A stretch of DNA of 64,000 nucleotides from an uncultured Bacilli bacterium (GTDB lineage Bacteria; Bacillota_I; Bacilli_A; RFN20; CAG-826): NCBI GenBank assembly GCA_944375905.1, contig CALWAS010000009.1, forward strand, positions 78 to 64,077. Direction: 5' to 3'. This document shows positions 29,558-38,513 of this stretch, piece by piece. Under the pieces are notes generated by a model. The model was not told the origin of the DNA. It searched no databases and was given only the letters and a program-made list of their open reading frames with translations. Position numbers and translations under genes: made by a program. Within the stretch, counting starts at the first letter, position 1, and each line of letters opens with the position of its first letter.

Positions 29558-30703
29558 ATGGCAACCAAACGCGACTATTACGAAGTCCTCGGCCTCAAGA
29601 AAGGGGCCAGCAAGGACGAGATAACCAAAGCCTATCGGACCTTGGCGAAGAAATATCACCCCGACATCAACAAAAGCCCCGACGCCCCTCAGAAATTCGA
29701 GGAGATCCAGGAGGCCTACGACGTTTTGAAGGACGATGCGAAGCGCGCCCAATACGACCGCTTCGGCCAAGCTGCCTTCGAGCAGGGAAGCTCGATGGGC
29801 GGGGCTGGCAATCCCTTCGGGAACGGCTTTGCCTCGGGCGGCTTCGGGGACGTCGATCTCGGCGACATCTTCTCGAGCTTCTTCGGCGGAGGAATGGGCG
29901 GAAGGCGCACGCGCGCCTCTAGCGGCCCCCGCAAGGGGGAGGACGCCCTTTACCGCATCAAGATTTCCTTCATGGATGCGGTGAACGGGAAGACCGTCAC
30001 GATCCCGGTTACCTACGACGAGCCGTGCGAACACTGCCACGGGACCGGAGCCGAGTCGCCTAACGACTACCGTTCCTGCCCCGATTGCGGCGGGACCGGG
30101 CGCGTCCGGACGAGACAGCAGACCCTCTTCGGGGTCATGGAACAGGAAAGCTCCTGCCCGCGCTGCCACGGCACCGGCAAGATCGTCACCCAGCCGTGCT
30201 CGAGTTGCGGCGGGCAGGGGTACTCCCGCGTCCGGAAGGACCTAGAGGTCAAGATCCCGGCCGGCATCGCCTCGGGTCAGCAGATCCGGGTCCAAGGCCG
30301 GGGCGGACGCGGTTCCGGCGGCGGCCCGAATGGGGATCTCTACGTCGAAGTGAGCGTCGATCCCGATTCCCGCTTCACGAGGGAAGGCAACGACGTCCAT
30401 AGCAACATCGCCCTTTCTTTCCCCGACTGTGCCCTCGGGACCGAGGTCGACGTCGAGACGGTCTACGGGACCCTGGAGGTCGTCGTGCCATCCGGGACCC
30501 AGCCGGGCCAGATCCTCAAGCTCAAAGGCAAGGGGATCAAGGACCTCCGGACCGGGAAGCCGGGCGACCATTACCTCCACGTCGAGGTGAGGACCCCAAC
30601 CGACCTCACCGACCGCGAGAAGGAACTCCTCAAGGAATTCCAAGCCGAGGAGGAGAAGAAATCGAGCGGCGGGAAGTGGTGGAACCGCTTCAAAAAAGCC
30701 TGA
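29558..30703 (+). CDS. dnaJ: molecular chaperone DnaJ
   Basis: J domain with HPD (KKYHPDIN), G/F region, four CxxCxGxG zinc motifs. Confidence 0.97.
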   Translation: MATKRDYYEVLGLKKGASKDEITKAYRTLAKKYHPDINKSPDAPQKFEEIQEAYDVLKDDAKRAQYDRFGQAAFEQGSSMGGAGNPFGNGFASGGFGDVDLGDIFSSFFGGGMGGRRTRASSGPRKGEDALYRIKISFMDAVNGKTVTIPVTYDEPCEHCHGTGAESPNDYRSCPDCGGTGRVRTRQQTLFGVMEQESSCPRCHGTGKIVTQPCSSCGGQGYSRVRKDLEVKIPAGIASGQQIRVQGRGGRGSGGGPNGDLYVEVSVDPDSRFTREGNDVHSNIALSFPDCALGTEVDVETVYGTLEVVVPSGTQPGQILKLKGKGIKDLRTGKPGDHYLHVEVRTPTDLTDREKELLKEFQAEEEKKSSGGKWWNRFKKA

Positions 30704-30705
30704 TG

Positions 30706-30732
30706 GGAAGCGCTTCGGCGCTTCCTTTTTTT
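30706..30732 (+). terminator. intrinsic terminator after dnaJ
   Basis: GGAAGCGC-ttcg-GCGCTTCC followed by TTTTTTT. Confidence 0.85.
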
Positions 30733-30802
30733 CCGGCGGCCCCGATTGCCAAGCGCCTTCCCTCACCCTATACTTTCCTAAAAGGAAAAAGAGGGCGCTT
30801 TT

Positions 30803-31498
30803 ATGCTGGAAAACGAGTACAGGTCGATAAATGTCTCCGAAGGGGCCGAGGACCGGGCGGCCGAGGACTACTCGCTTTTCGGCTTCCGCCTCGTCAACAA
30901 GGAGACGATCGTCCTACGCGGCGACCAACTCAAGAAGACGACCGTCGTCTATGGGAAGAACGGGCCCCACGTCATGGAAAAGCCCCGCAAAAGCGATGTC
31001 ATCCATTACGTCAAATTGACCTTTGCCCGGAAGGTCGGCGGTCCCAATTACTCCTTCTATCGGAAATGGGGCGACGTCTACGAGAATCTCAGGAAGGACG
31101 CCGCCTATCTCAGCGTCCGCAGCTGGAACCGCGGCCAGGATGCCCGCCCGCGGTGGGGAAGGGGAATCCTCTTCTTCCTCCTTTTCGCTCTTCCGATCGT
31201 CGTCCTTTACTTCCTCCATGGAAGCAAGGGGATGTTCGACATCGCCGCCACGATGGCTCTCGGGGCCTATGGCCTGGCCCTCGTTTCCTTCATAGGGCTC
31301 GTCCTTCTCCTCGTCGAGATCGCCATCCGGGCCGTCGCCCTGGCCTCGAGCCGCCGGGCCGCCAAGGACAGGAAAACGATCGTCGAGGCCATCCAGACCC
31401 TCATTTACCAGCTTAGGACGACCAACGACCGGCCCACCATCCCCTTTGCCAAGATCGCGAGGATCGAGCGCCATTACCACGCTGTCGAACAAGATTGA
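30803..31498 (+). CDS. hypothetical membrane protein (soluble N-domain plus two TM helices)
   Basis: 231 aa. No motif I recognise. Hydrophobic helices ILFFLLFALPIVVLYFL and LGAYGLALVSFIGLVLLLVEIAI. TATACT at 30769 and a GAGGG SD upstream. Confidence 0.6.
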   Translation: MLENEYRSINVSEGAEDRAAEDYSLFGFRLVNKETIVLRGDQLKKTTVVYGKNGPHVMEKPRKSDVIHYVKLTFARKVGGPNYSFYRKWGDVYENLRKDAAYLSVRSWNRGQDARPRWGRGILFFLLFALPIVVLYFLHGSKGMFDIAATMALGAYGLALVSFIGLVLLLVEIAIRAVALASSRRAAKDRKTIVEAIQTLIYQLRTTNDRPTIPFAKIARIERHYHAVEQD

Positions 31499-31505
31499 GG
31501 AAACC

Positions 31506-31973
31506 ATGAACAAAGAAGAACTGATGCTAGAAGCCGTTAAGGAAGCCGAAAAGGGCATCCATAGCGGACACGGCGGTCCCTTCGGGGCCGTCATCGAGAA
31601 AGACGGCAAGATCATCGGCCGCGGCCACAACGAGGTCGTCAAGAACAACGACCCGACCTGCCACGGGGAGATGATGGCCATCCACGACGCCTGCAAGAAC
31701 CTCGGGACCTTCGATTTGAGCGGGGCCGTCCTCTACACGACCGGCTACCCGTGCCCGATGTGCCTCGGGGCCATCCTCTGGGCCAACATCTCGAAGGTCT
31801 ATTACGGAAGCAACCTCGAGGATACCGAGAAGATCGGCTTCCGGGACGATGCCTTCTACAAGCTTCTCGGCGACGAGAAGAGGAAGGCCGAGTTCATCTC
31901 GGAACTCGGGCGGGAGGACTGCCTTCGCCTCTACGAGGACTATCTTTCCATCAAGGACCGGAAAGCCTATTAG
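31506..31973 (+). CDS. CDA-fold nucleoside/guanine deaminase (GuaD-like)
   Basis: 155 aa from MNKEELMLEAV. GGPFGAVI, zinc motifs HGE and PCPMC. Resembles B. subtilis GuaD as I recall it. Confidence 0.82.
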   Translation: MNKEELMLEAVKEAEKGIHSGHGGPFGAVIEKDGKIIGRGHNEVVKNNDPTCHGEMMAIHDACKNLGTFDLSGAVLYTTGYPCPMCLGAILWANISKVYYGSNLEDTEKIGFRDDAFYKLLGDEKRKAEFISELGREDCLRLYEDYLSIKDRKAY

Positions 31974-31990
31974 CTTTCGAAGGGATTCTT

Positions 31991-32428
31991 ATGCCGCGCT
32001 GCAAGTACTGCCACCGCGAAATATCGAAATTCGATAGCGACATTTGCCCCTATTGCGGGGGCGAGCGCCCGATCGAGGACGGTTACAAGACGAAGGACAT
32101 GACCAAGTTCCTCGACCCCGTCAAGGGGGAGAGCGGGCTTTACAAGTCGAAGTCGCGCAACGTCTATTGCCTTCTTACCTTCCTGCTCGGCCCCTTTGGG
32201 GTCGGGGAGTTCTACCTCGGGAAAGCCAGGACCGGTTCGGCCTATTTCCTCTTGAGCGTCCTTTGGCTCGTCATCTTCGGGACCGCCATGTATTTCCTCG
32301 TCCCGTCCATCGGCGGCCTTTGGTTCCTCATCGGCTATTGCCTTCCCTTTGCCGTGATGGCGGGAAAGGCGTGCTACTCGCTTACCAAGGACGACCTCAA
32401 GGACGGAAACGGGGAGTTCCTCCGCTAG
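31991..32428 (+). CDS. zinc-ribbon plus TM2-domain membrane protein
   Basis: MPRCKYCHREISKFDSDICPYCGG zinc ribbon. TM2-like LLGPFGVGEFYLGK and two TM helices. Confidence 0.7.
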   Translation: MPRCKYCHREISKFDSDICPYCGGERPIEDGYKTKDMTKFLDPVKGESGLYKSKSRNVYCLLTFLLGPFGVGEFYLGKARTGSAYFLLSVLWLVIFGTAMYFLVPSIGGLWFLIGYCLPFAVMAGKACYSLTKDDLKDGNGEFLR

Positions 32429-32429
32429 G

Positions 32430-33137
32430 ATGCGACGCTTTTTCGCCAAGATCGAAGGGGAAGAGGCTTTCCTTTCCCCTTCCGACGAACGCCATTTGCT
32501 CACTTCCCTTCGGGGGGAAGTCGGCGAGGAGATCGAGATCGTCGAGGGAGGGAAGGCCTATAAGGCCAGGATTGCCTCGCGCTCTCCTTTAAGGATCGTC
32601 GTCGACGGTCCGCTTTCCTTTTCCCGCGAGCCGAAGGGCCGGCTTTCGCTTCTCTTCTCGCCCCTCAAAAACGGCCGGGAAGAGCTGATAATCCAGAAAG
32701 GGACCGAGCTCGGGGCTTCCTCCTTCTTTCCCTATGTCTCGAGCCGGACCGTCGTCCGCCCGGAAGGCGACTCGGCGCGGCGGAAGCTCGAGCGCTACCG
32801 CCTGATCGCGAAGGAGGCGAGCGAGCAGTGCCGGCGCGAGATCGTGCCGGAAGTCCATGAGATAATGCCCTTCAAGAAGGCGATTGCCCTAGCGGGAGGG
32901 AAAAGGGTTTACGCCGACGAAAAGCTCTCGGAAGAAGGAGCATTCATCGCCGATCTATTGACCGGGGAGTGCTCTTTTTTGGCCGGGCCCGAAGGCGGAA
33001 TCAGCGACGAGGAGAGGCGAATGCTATCGGAAGAGGGCTATGTGCCGGTTTCCCTCGGACCGCGGATCCTCCGCTCGGAAACCGCGTTCCTTTTGGCTGC
33101 CTCGGCCTTCTTGCTCGAGGAGGAAAAGGGCAAATGA
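32430..33137 (+). CDS. rsmE: 16S rRNA (uracil1498-N3)-methyltransferase
   Basis: 235 aa. MRRFFAK start, PUA-like N-domain, SPOUT C-domain (LAGPEGGISDEE, LGPRILRSETA). Confidence 0.9.
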   Translation: MRRFFAKIEGEEAFLSPSDERHLLTSLRGEVGEEIEIVEGGKAYKARIASRSPLRIVVDGPLSFSREPKGRLSLLFSPLKNGREELIIQKGTELGASSFFPYVSSRTVVRPEGDSARRKLERYRLIAKEASEQCRREIVPEVHEIMPFKKAIALAGGKRVYADEKLSEEGAFIADLLTGECSFLAGPEGGISDEERRMLSEEGYVPVSLGPRILRSETAFLLAASAFLLEEEKGK

Positions 33138-33925
33138 ACATTTACGATTTCCTCCATTCCCACCAGCGGAAGACGCCGTTCGAGGCCTCGCCCGAGATGG
33201 CCTATTTCCGAAGGAACGCCCATCTGCTTAGCAATGTCGAGGCCTGGGAGCCTTGGATCAACCCCCGGACCCCCTTCGACGTCGTGAGGGCCAACATATT
33301 GATCCGCTCGCTCGTGAACAAGCAAGAGATCGAGAAGCTCTATTTCGCCTACGAGCGGAAGATGAAGGAAGGGGAGGACGCCCTCCCGCTGAGCGAGTAC
33401 ATGGATTCCCGGATGAGCGATTTTCCCTATCTCCTCTTCCGTGGCGAGAAAGTCTACGTTCCCTTTTTCCCCTCTTCGCTGAACCTCCTTTACGGCCGCC
33501 GCTACGAAAAGCTTTCGGTCGCTCCCTACCGGCGCCTCATCAAGAACTTCGAGGCCGCCCTCGTCGATCCCTTCGACTACTATGGAAACGCCCTCTTCGA
33601 CAGCTATTTCACGCGCCTTGTCCCGATCGAGCGCTCGAAAGGGGTGCTTTTCGCCTACGATTACGATGCGGAGAACTGCTACGCCATCAACGACCAAGGC
33701 CGGCTCGACGCGACGATTTCCCTCTTCGACGGCTATCTCCTTTCCCCCTCGAAGGCCCACATGGCCGAGCGCCTTTTGCGTCTCGCCGAGGCCTATTTCG
33801 GGGAAGATAGCGGCCGTTTCTATTCGACGCTCGTCTCCGAGAAGCTCGTTTCCGGCCGCCTTATCCAGGAATATCTCTCCCTGCGGGAAGTGGGACGCAT
33901 CAAGGAGGACCGGCGGGATGGCTAA
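33134..33925 (+). CDS. hypothetical protein, aromatic-rich, no recognised domain
   Basis: 263 aa from MNIYDFLHSHQRK. ATGA overlap with rsmE stop and 8-nt overlap with mtaB start. Confidence 0.6.
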   Translation: MNIYDFLHSHQRKTPFEASPEMAYFRRNAHLLSNVEAWEPWINPRTPFDVVRANILIRSLVNKQEIEKLYFAYERKMKEGEDALPLSEYMDSRMSDFPYLLFRGEKVYVPFFPSSLNLLYGRRYEKLSVAPYRRLIKNFEAALVDPFDYYGNALFDSYFTRLVPIERSKGVLFAYDYDAENCYAINDQGRLDATISLFDGYLLSPSKAHMAERLLRLAEAYFGEDSGRFYSTLVSEKLVSGRLIQEYLSLREVGRIKEDRRDG

Positions 33926-35180
33926 GCGCTTTTACCTCGACAGCCTCGGCTGCAAGGTCAATAGCTACGAGGTCTCCCTCTTCCGGGAACCGCTCAGGAA
34001 GCTCGGGATGGAGGAGACGGATTCCCCCGAAGAGGCCGATTACATCATCCTCAACGGCTGTGCGGTGACGGCCCGAAGCGTCCAAAAAGGGCGCCAGAGG
34101 ATCAGGAAGCTCCGCCGGCTCGCCCCGCGGGCCAAGATCTTGGCGATGGGTTGCCTCGTCAAAAGCGCCCCGGGGCTCGCCCTCGAGCTCGGAGCCGACT
34201 ACGAGATCCCGACCAAGGGGAGGAACGAGGCCCTTTCCCTTCTTTTGGAAGATAGGGCGCCCGCTCATTCCTTCGATGGCGGCTACGAAGAACCGCTTAA
34301 CGAAAGCGAACAGACCGGCCTAAGGGCCTATCTCAAGGTACAGGACGGCTGCTCGCGATACTGCTCGTATTGCCTCATTCCCTATTTAAGGGGTCCTTCT
34401 TGCTCGAGGAAGAAGGAAGACTGCCTCCGCGAAGCCGAGGAACTCGCTTTGAGCCATCCCGAGATCGTCGTGACCGGGATCGAAGTGGCCTTCTACGGGA
34501 AGGACCTCGGTGACGGCTCCTACCGCCTGAGCGACCTTATCGAAGACATACTGGAACATTGCCCTTCGCTCAGACGCCTCCGCCTTTCCTCCCTCGAGGA
34601 AGGCGCGGTGGACGAGAAGATGCTTTCCCTTTTTGCAAGCGAGCCGCGGCTTTGCTCCCATGTCCACCTAGCCCTCCAAAGCGGATGCGACAAGACGCTT
34701 AGGGCCATGGGCCGACCTTATGACCAGAAGCGTTTCCTCTCGGTCGTCGAAAAGCTCCGCAAAGCCCGGCCGGGCATTGCGATAACCACCGACGTGATCG
34801 TCGGTTTCCCCGGAGAGAGCGAGGAAGATTTCGAGGAGTCGCTATCCTTCTGCCGGAAGGTCGGCTTTGCCGAGATCCATGCCTTCCCTTATTCGGTTAG
34901 GAAGGGGACGAAGGCCGCCTCGATGGCCGGGCAAGTCGACGCTTCGACGAAGAAGGATAGGGAGCACCGGATGCTTTCCCTCTCCAAAGAGCTCCGGGCG
35001 AGCTTCGAGTCAGTCAACTACGGAACGGAAAAGGAAGTGCTCCTCGAAAGCTACGATGCGAAAGGGAAATGCTGGTCGGGCCACACTTCCGACTATCTCC
35101 TTGTGAAAGTCGATGACCATGGCTATTCCCGGGGCGAGGCGGTGAAGGTCCTCTATTCCAGGGAAAACGCCGAAGATTGA
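33918..35180 (+). CDS. mtaB: tRNA (N6-threonylcarbamoyladenosine) methylthiotransferase MtaB
   Basis: MAKRFYLDSLGCKVNSYE (UPF0004 domain), radical SAM CSRYCSYC, TRAM-like C-terminus. Confidence 0.88.
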   Translation: MAKRFYLDSLGCKVNSYEVSLFREPLRKLGMEETDSPEEADYIILNGCAVTARSVQKGRQRIRKLRRLAPRAKILAMGCLVKSAPGLALELGADYEIPTKGRNEALSLLLEDRAPAHSFDGGYEEPLNESEQTGLRAYLKVQDGCSRYCSYCLIPYLRGPSCSRKKEDCLREAEELALSHPEIVVTGIEVAFYGKDLGDGSYRLSDLIEDILEHCPSLRRLRLSSLEEGAVDEKMLSLFASEPRLCSHVHLALQSGCDKTLRAMGRPYDQKRFLSVVEKLRKARPGIAITTDVIVGFPGESEEDFEESLSFCRKVGFAEIHAFPYSVRKGTKAASMAGQVDASTKKDREHRMLSLSKELRASFESVNYGTEKEVLLESYDAKGKCWSGHTSDYLLVKVDDHGYSRGEAVKVLYSRENAED

Positions 35181-35497
35181 CCTGGTCGGGACGATAAAGC
35201 AGCCTCTTGCAAGTTCAGTTGCCCGCGAAGTGCTGTTTTCTGGTCTCGGCAAGAAGTCCGCTCCCTATGCCTTCATAAATTTCCCCGGTCCTTCCTATCG
35301 CCTCGTCTTTCTTCCTTATTGGACGTTCGTCTTGGGCTTCCTCTCCCTTCTATCGAGTCGGAAGAGCCGACTATTAGTCAACCTAAGACCAATCGAGAAT
35401 CGAAGGTTTTCGGACTTTTTCCGTACATTGTCTAAATTTGCCTTGTTTCTTTCCTCCCCATGCGTATAATCACCGCTCGGAAGGAAGGTAACTAGCT

Positions 35498-35689
35498 ATG
35501 GCAGTCCCGTTCAGACGGACCTCCAAAACCGCCAAGCGCCTCCGCCGCGGGCACTTCAAGCTCAAGGTGGAAGGCCTCGTCAAGTGCCCCCATTGCGGAG
35601 CCCTCGTCAAGAGCCACCGGGTTTGCCCGGAATGCGGCTATTACGGCGGCAAGGACGTTCTCGGCATGAAGGCCGAGGAAAAGAAGTAG
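35498..35689 (+). CDS. rpmF: 50S ribosomal protein L32
   Basis: [22 protein letters not shown] with CPHCG...CPECG zinc ribbon. TATAAT at about 35463. Confidence 0.95.
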   Translation: MAVPFRRTSKTAKRLRRGHFKLKVEGLVKCPHCGALVKSHRVCPECGYYGGKDVLGMKAEEKK

Positions 35690-35713
35690 GCATCGCCCGC
35701 TTCGCAAGGATAG

Positions 35714-35739
35714 GGAAGCATCGGCTTCCTTTTCTTTTT
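35714..35739 (+). terminator. intrinsic terminator after rpmF
   Basis: GGAAGC-atcg-GCTTCC followed by TTTTCTTTTT. Confidence 0.8.
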
Positions 35740-35761
35740 ATCCGGCCCCGCCCGGGCTAAA

Positions 35762-36436
35762 ATGTCTCAAGCAAAGGACTTTTCAAGCATGGAACTCAAC
35801 AAGCTAATCGACCACACCCTCCTCCGGGCCGACGCGACGACCGAGGAAATCGTCAAGCTTTGCCAAGAGGCAAGGAAGTACAACTTCATGTCGGTCTGCG
35901 TCAACCCCTTCTACGTCCCGGTCGCCAAGAGGCTTCTCCTCCACACCGGAATCAAGGTCTGCACCGTCGTCGGCTTCCCCCTCGGGGCGACCCTTCCGAA
36001 AGTCAAGGCCTATGAGGCGCAGGAAGCGGTGAAGCAAGGGGCCGACGAGGTCGACATGGTGATGAACATCGCCATGGCCAAAGAACGGAATTTCGATTAT
36101 ATCGAAAAGGAAGTCTCGATCGTCCGTAGCGCCATCCCGGCCGGCATCGTCCTCAAGGTCATTCTCGAAACCTGTTACCTCACCCCGCGGGAAATCGCCA
36201 AGGCCTCCGCGGCCTGCCGCGACGGCGGGGCCGATTTCATCAAGACCTCGACCGGATTCGGCAAGGCCGGGGCAAAGACGGGCGACGTCAAGATCATGCG
36301 GGCGGTTGTCGGAAACGACTGCGGCGTCAAGGCCTCGGGCGGCATCCACACGAGGAAAGAAGCGATGGCCATGGTCGCGGCCGGCGCGAGCCGGCTCGGC
36401 ACCTCATCCTCGGTTGCCATCATGGAAGGCAAATAG
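35762..36436 (+). CDS. deoC: deoxyribose-phosphate aldolase
   Basis: LIDHTLLRADAT, VCVNP, active-site Lys context DFIKTSTGF. Start may be the second ATG (MELNK). Confidence 0.92.
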   Translation: MSQAKDFSSMELNKLIDHTLLRADATTEEIVKLCQEARKYNFMSVCVNPFYVPVAKRLLLHTGIKVCTVVGFPLGATLPKVKAYEAQEAVKQGADEVDMVMNIAMAKERNFDYIEKEVSIVRSAIPAGIVLKVILETCYLTPREIAKASAACRDGGADFIKTSTGFGKAGAKTGDVKIMRAVVGNDCGVKASGGIHTRKEAMAMVAAGASRLGTSSSVAIMEGK

Positions 36437-37458
36437 TGAAAGTCCTTTTGTACAGCCAAGGGCAGAACGCCCTTTCGCGGAGCGGCATCGGCCGCGCCTT
36501 GCTCCATCAAATCAAGGCGCTTGAAAGCGTCGGGATCGAAGTCACCCTCGATCCGAAGGACAGTTTTGACCTTGCCCACGTCAACACGATATGGGCCGGG
36601 TCGCGGGCCCTCGTCCGCTCGATCAAGGAAAGGGGAATCCCCGTGATCGTCCACGGGCATTCGACCTACGAGGACTTCCGCGAGTCCTTTGCCTTCTGGA
36701 AGCTCATCGAGCCGTGGTTCGACTCCAATCTCAGGAAGGCGTATTCATTGGCCGATCTCATCGTGACCCCGACTCCCTATAGCAAGGGATTGATCGATTC
36801 ATACGGCTTCGGGGTGCCGGTCGTCGCCATTTCAAACGGAATCGACATCCCGGAATACGAGCCAAGCGAGAAAAGGAAGACGGCCTTCCGCGAGGCCTTT
36901 GGCCTCAAAGACGGCGAGCCATACGTGGTGGGGGTCGGCTTTCCGTTCGTACGGAAAGGAATCCTCGAGTTCTTCGAGACGGCCCGTCGCTTCCCCGACA
37001 TCAAGTTCTTCTGGTTCGGCGACCTCCAGCGGATCGCGACTTCGCACGTGGTGAAAAAAGCCGAGGCAAGGCGCCCGAAGAACGCCATCATGCCCGGATA
37101 CGTGAAGGGCGATCTCATAAAGGGGGCCTACGAAGGGGCCCTGGCCATGCTTTTCCCAAGCCATGAGGAAACCGAGGGCATCGTCGTCCTCGAGGCGCTG
37201 GCCAGCCGCTGCCCCCTCATCGTGAGCGAGTGCCCGGCTTTCTCCCCTTGGCTCGTCGACGGCGTCAACTGCCTCAAGGGAAAAGACGTCGACGGCTATG
37301 CCAAAGCCATTTCGCGCATCCTAAGCGGTGGTTATGGCGCCGATATGATCGAAAACGGCTATCGGACGGCCGAGGAACGGGATCTCCCGAAAATCGGCTC
37401 CGAGCTCAAAAAGGCCTACGAAGGGCTTCTCTCTGGCTTTTTCAAGAAGGAGAAATAG
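36436..37458 (+). CDS. GT4-family glycosyltransferase (possible glycolipid synthase)
   Basis: 340 aa. GT-B EX7E region ETEGIVVLEALASRCPLIVSE. The glycolipid role is inference only. Confidence 0.8.
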   Translation: MKVLLYSQGQNALSRSGIGRALLHQIKALESVGIEVTLDPKDSFDLAHVNTIWAGSRALVRSIKERGIPVIVHGHSTYEDFRESFAFWKLIEPWFDSNLRKAYSLADLIVTPTPYSKGLIDSYGFGVPVVAISNGIDIPEYEPSEKRKTAFREAFGLKDGEPYVVGVGFPFVRKGILEFFETARRFPDIKFFWFGDLQRIATSHVVKKAEARRPKNAIMPGYVKGDLIKGAYEGALAMLFPSHEETEGIVVLEALASRCPLIVSECPAFSPWLVDGVNCLKGKDVDGYAKAISRILSGGYGADMIENGYRTAEERDLPKIGSELKKAYEGLLSGFFKKEK

Positions 37459-38420
37459 GTTTCCTCGAACTCCGGGACGCTTTGAAATAGCGGCTTCGAG
37501 AGGTCGATCGTCGCTTTGAAAAGGCGGTCGGCCTTTTCCTTTTCCGCCCGTCCCATCCCATCTTCCTTCGCCTTTTTCCTCGCGTAGAGGAAGGAAAGGC
37601 GCATCCGCCAGGCATGGGAGCGGAGGACGAGCTTTTCCCTTTCCATCGAGTGGAGGTCGTAATAGGCCCGGGCGGCGGCGAAGGCGGTGACGTGGGAAAG
37701 GTAGCGGGATGGGTCCCTCTGGCTAGTGAGACTATCCGGATTTCCCTCTTCGTAATAGACGATGGGCTTCCGGATGGCAATTGACGTCTTGGCCTTGGGA
37801 AGGACGATCGCGTTGAAGCAAACATCCTCGAAGGCGCTTAGGAAAGGGCCGTCGTAGCCGAGGAGAAGCTCGCGGCGGTAGGCCTTCGTCCACATGAAGC
37901 CGCGGGTGCCGATGTCGAGGAAAAAGGAGGCAAACAGCTTTTGGCCGCTCCCTTTGAACGATGAGGAGAAAGGGTAGCGGCCGAGGCTTTTGCCGCCCTT
38001 CGATAGGTAAAAGGAGTAGGAGAGGACATCGGGCCCTTCCTTCGCTAGGATCGGCAAAAGGGAAAGGAAGGCGCTCTCGTCTACGTAGTCGTCGGCATCG
38101 AGGAAGGCGACATAGCTTCCCTTTGCCCTTTCGGCTCCCGAAAGGCGCGAGGACAATAGCCCGGAGCGCACCTTGTGGAAGCACGGGGAGAAAAGCTCGA
38201 TGTCGCCCCTAAAAGAGTCGATGACGAGATCTGAATCGTCCCCTTCCTTCGGATCGACTTCCGGAAGGACCTCGACGAGGCCGGGACCGACTTTGGATAG
38301 GGCCCGGGCGATCGAGCCGAGCGAGCGGGGGAGATAGGCGCCCGAACCATAGGCGGGGACGACGATGCTAAGAAGGGGTTTCACCTCCTGATTATCCTCT
38401 TTTTCCCGTTTCGGCCTCAA
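37416..38420 (-). CDS. GT2-family glycosyltransferase
   Basis: 334 aa. LSIVVPAYGSGAYL and FLDADD motifs. Its 3' end overlaps the GT4 3' end by 43 nt (convergent). Confidence 0.82.
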   Translation of the reverse strand: MRPKREKEDNQEVKPLLSIVVPAYGSGAYLPRSLGSIARALSKVGPGLVEVLPEVDPKEGDDSDLVIDSFRGDIELFSPCFHKVRSGLLSSRLSGAERAKGSYVAFLDADDYVDESAFLSLLPILAKEGPDVLSYSFYLSKGGKSLGRYPFSSSFKGSGQKLFASFFLDIGTRGFMWTKAYRRELLLGYDGPFLSAFEDVCFNAIVLPKAKTSIAIRKPIVYYEEGNPDSLTSQRDPSRYLSHVTAFAAARAYYDLHSMEREKLVLRSHAWRMRLSFLYARKKAKEDGMGRAEKEKADRLFKATIDLSKPLFQSVPEFEETYFSFLKKPERSPS

Positions 38421-38513
38421 GGGATTGAATCAGACGCCAAGCCCGGCTTTCGCAAATCTCGAAAAAGGGATTGCGTTTTGCTATGCTTCTAGGCGCCTAG
38501 GAAAGGAGACTTC

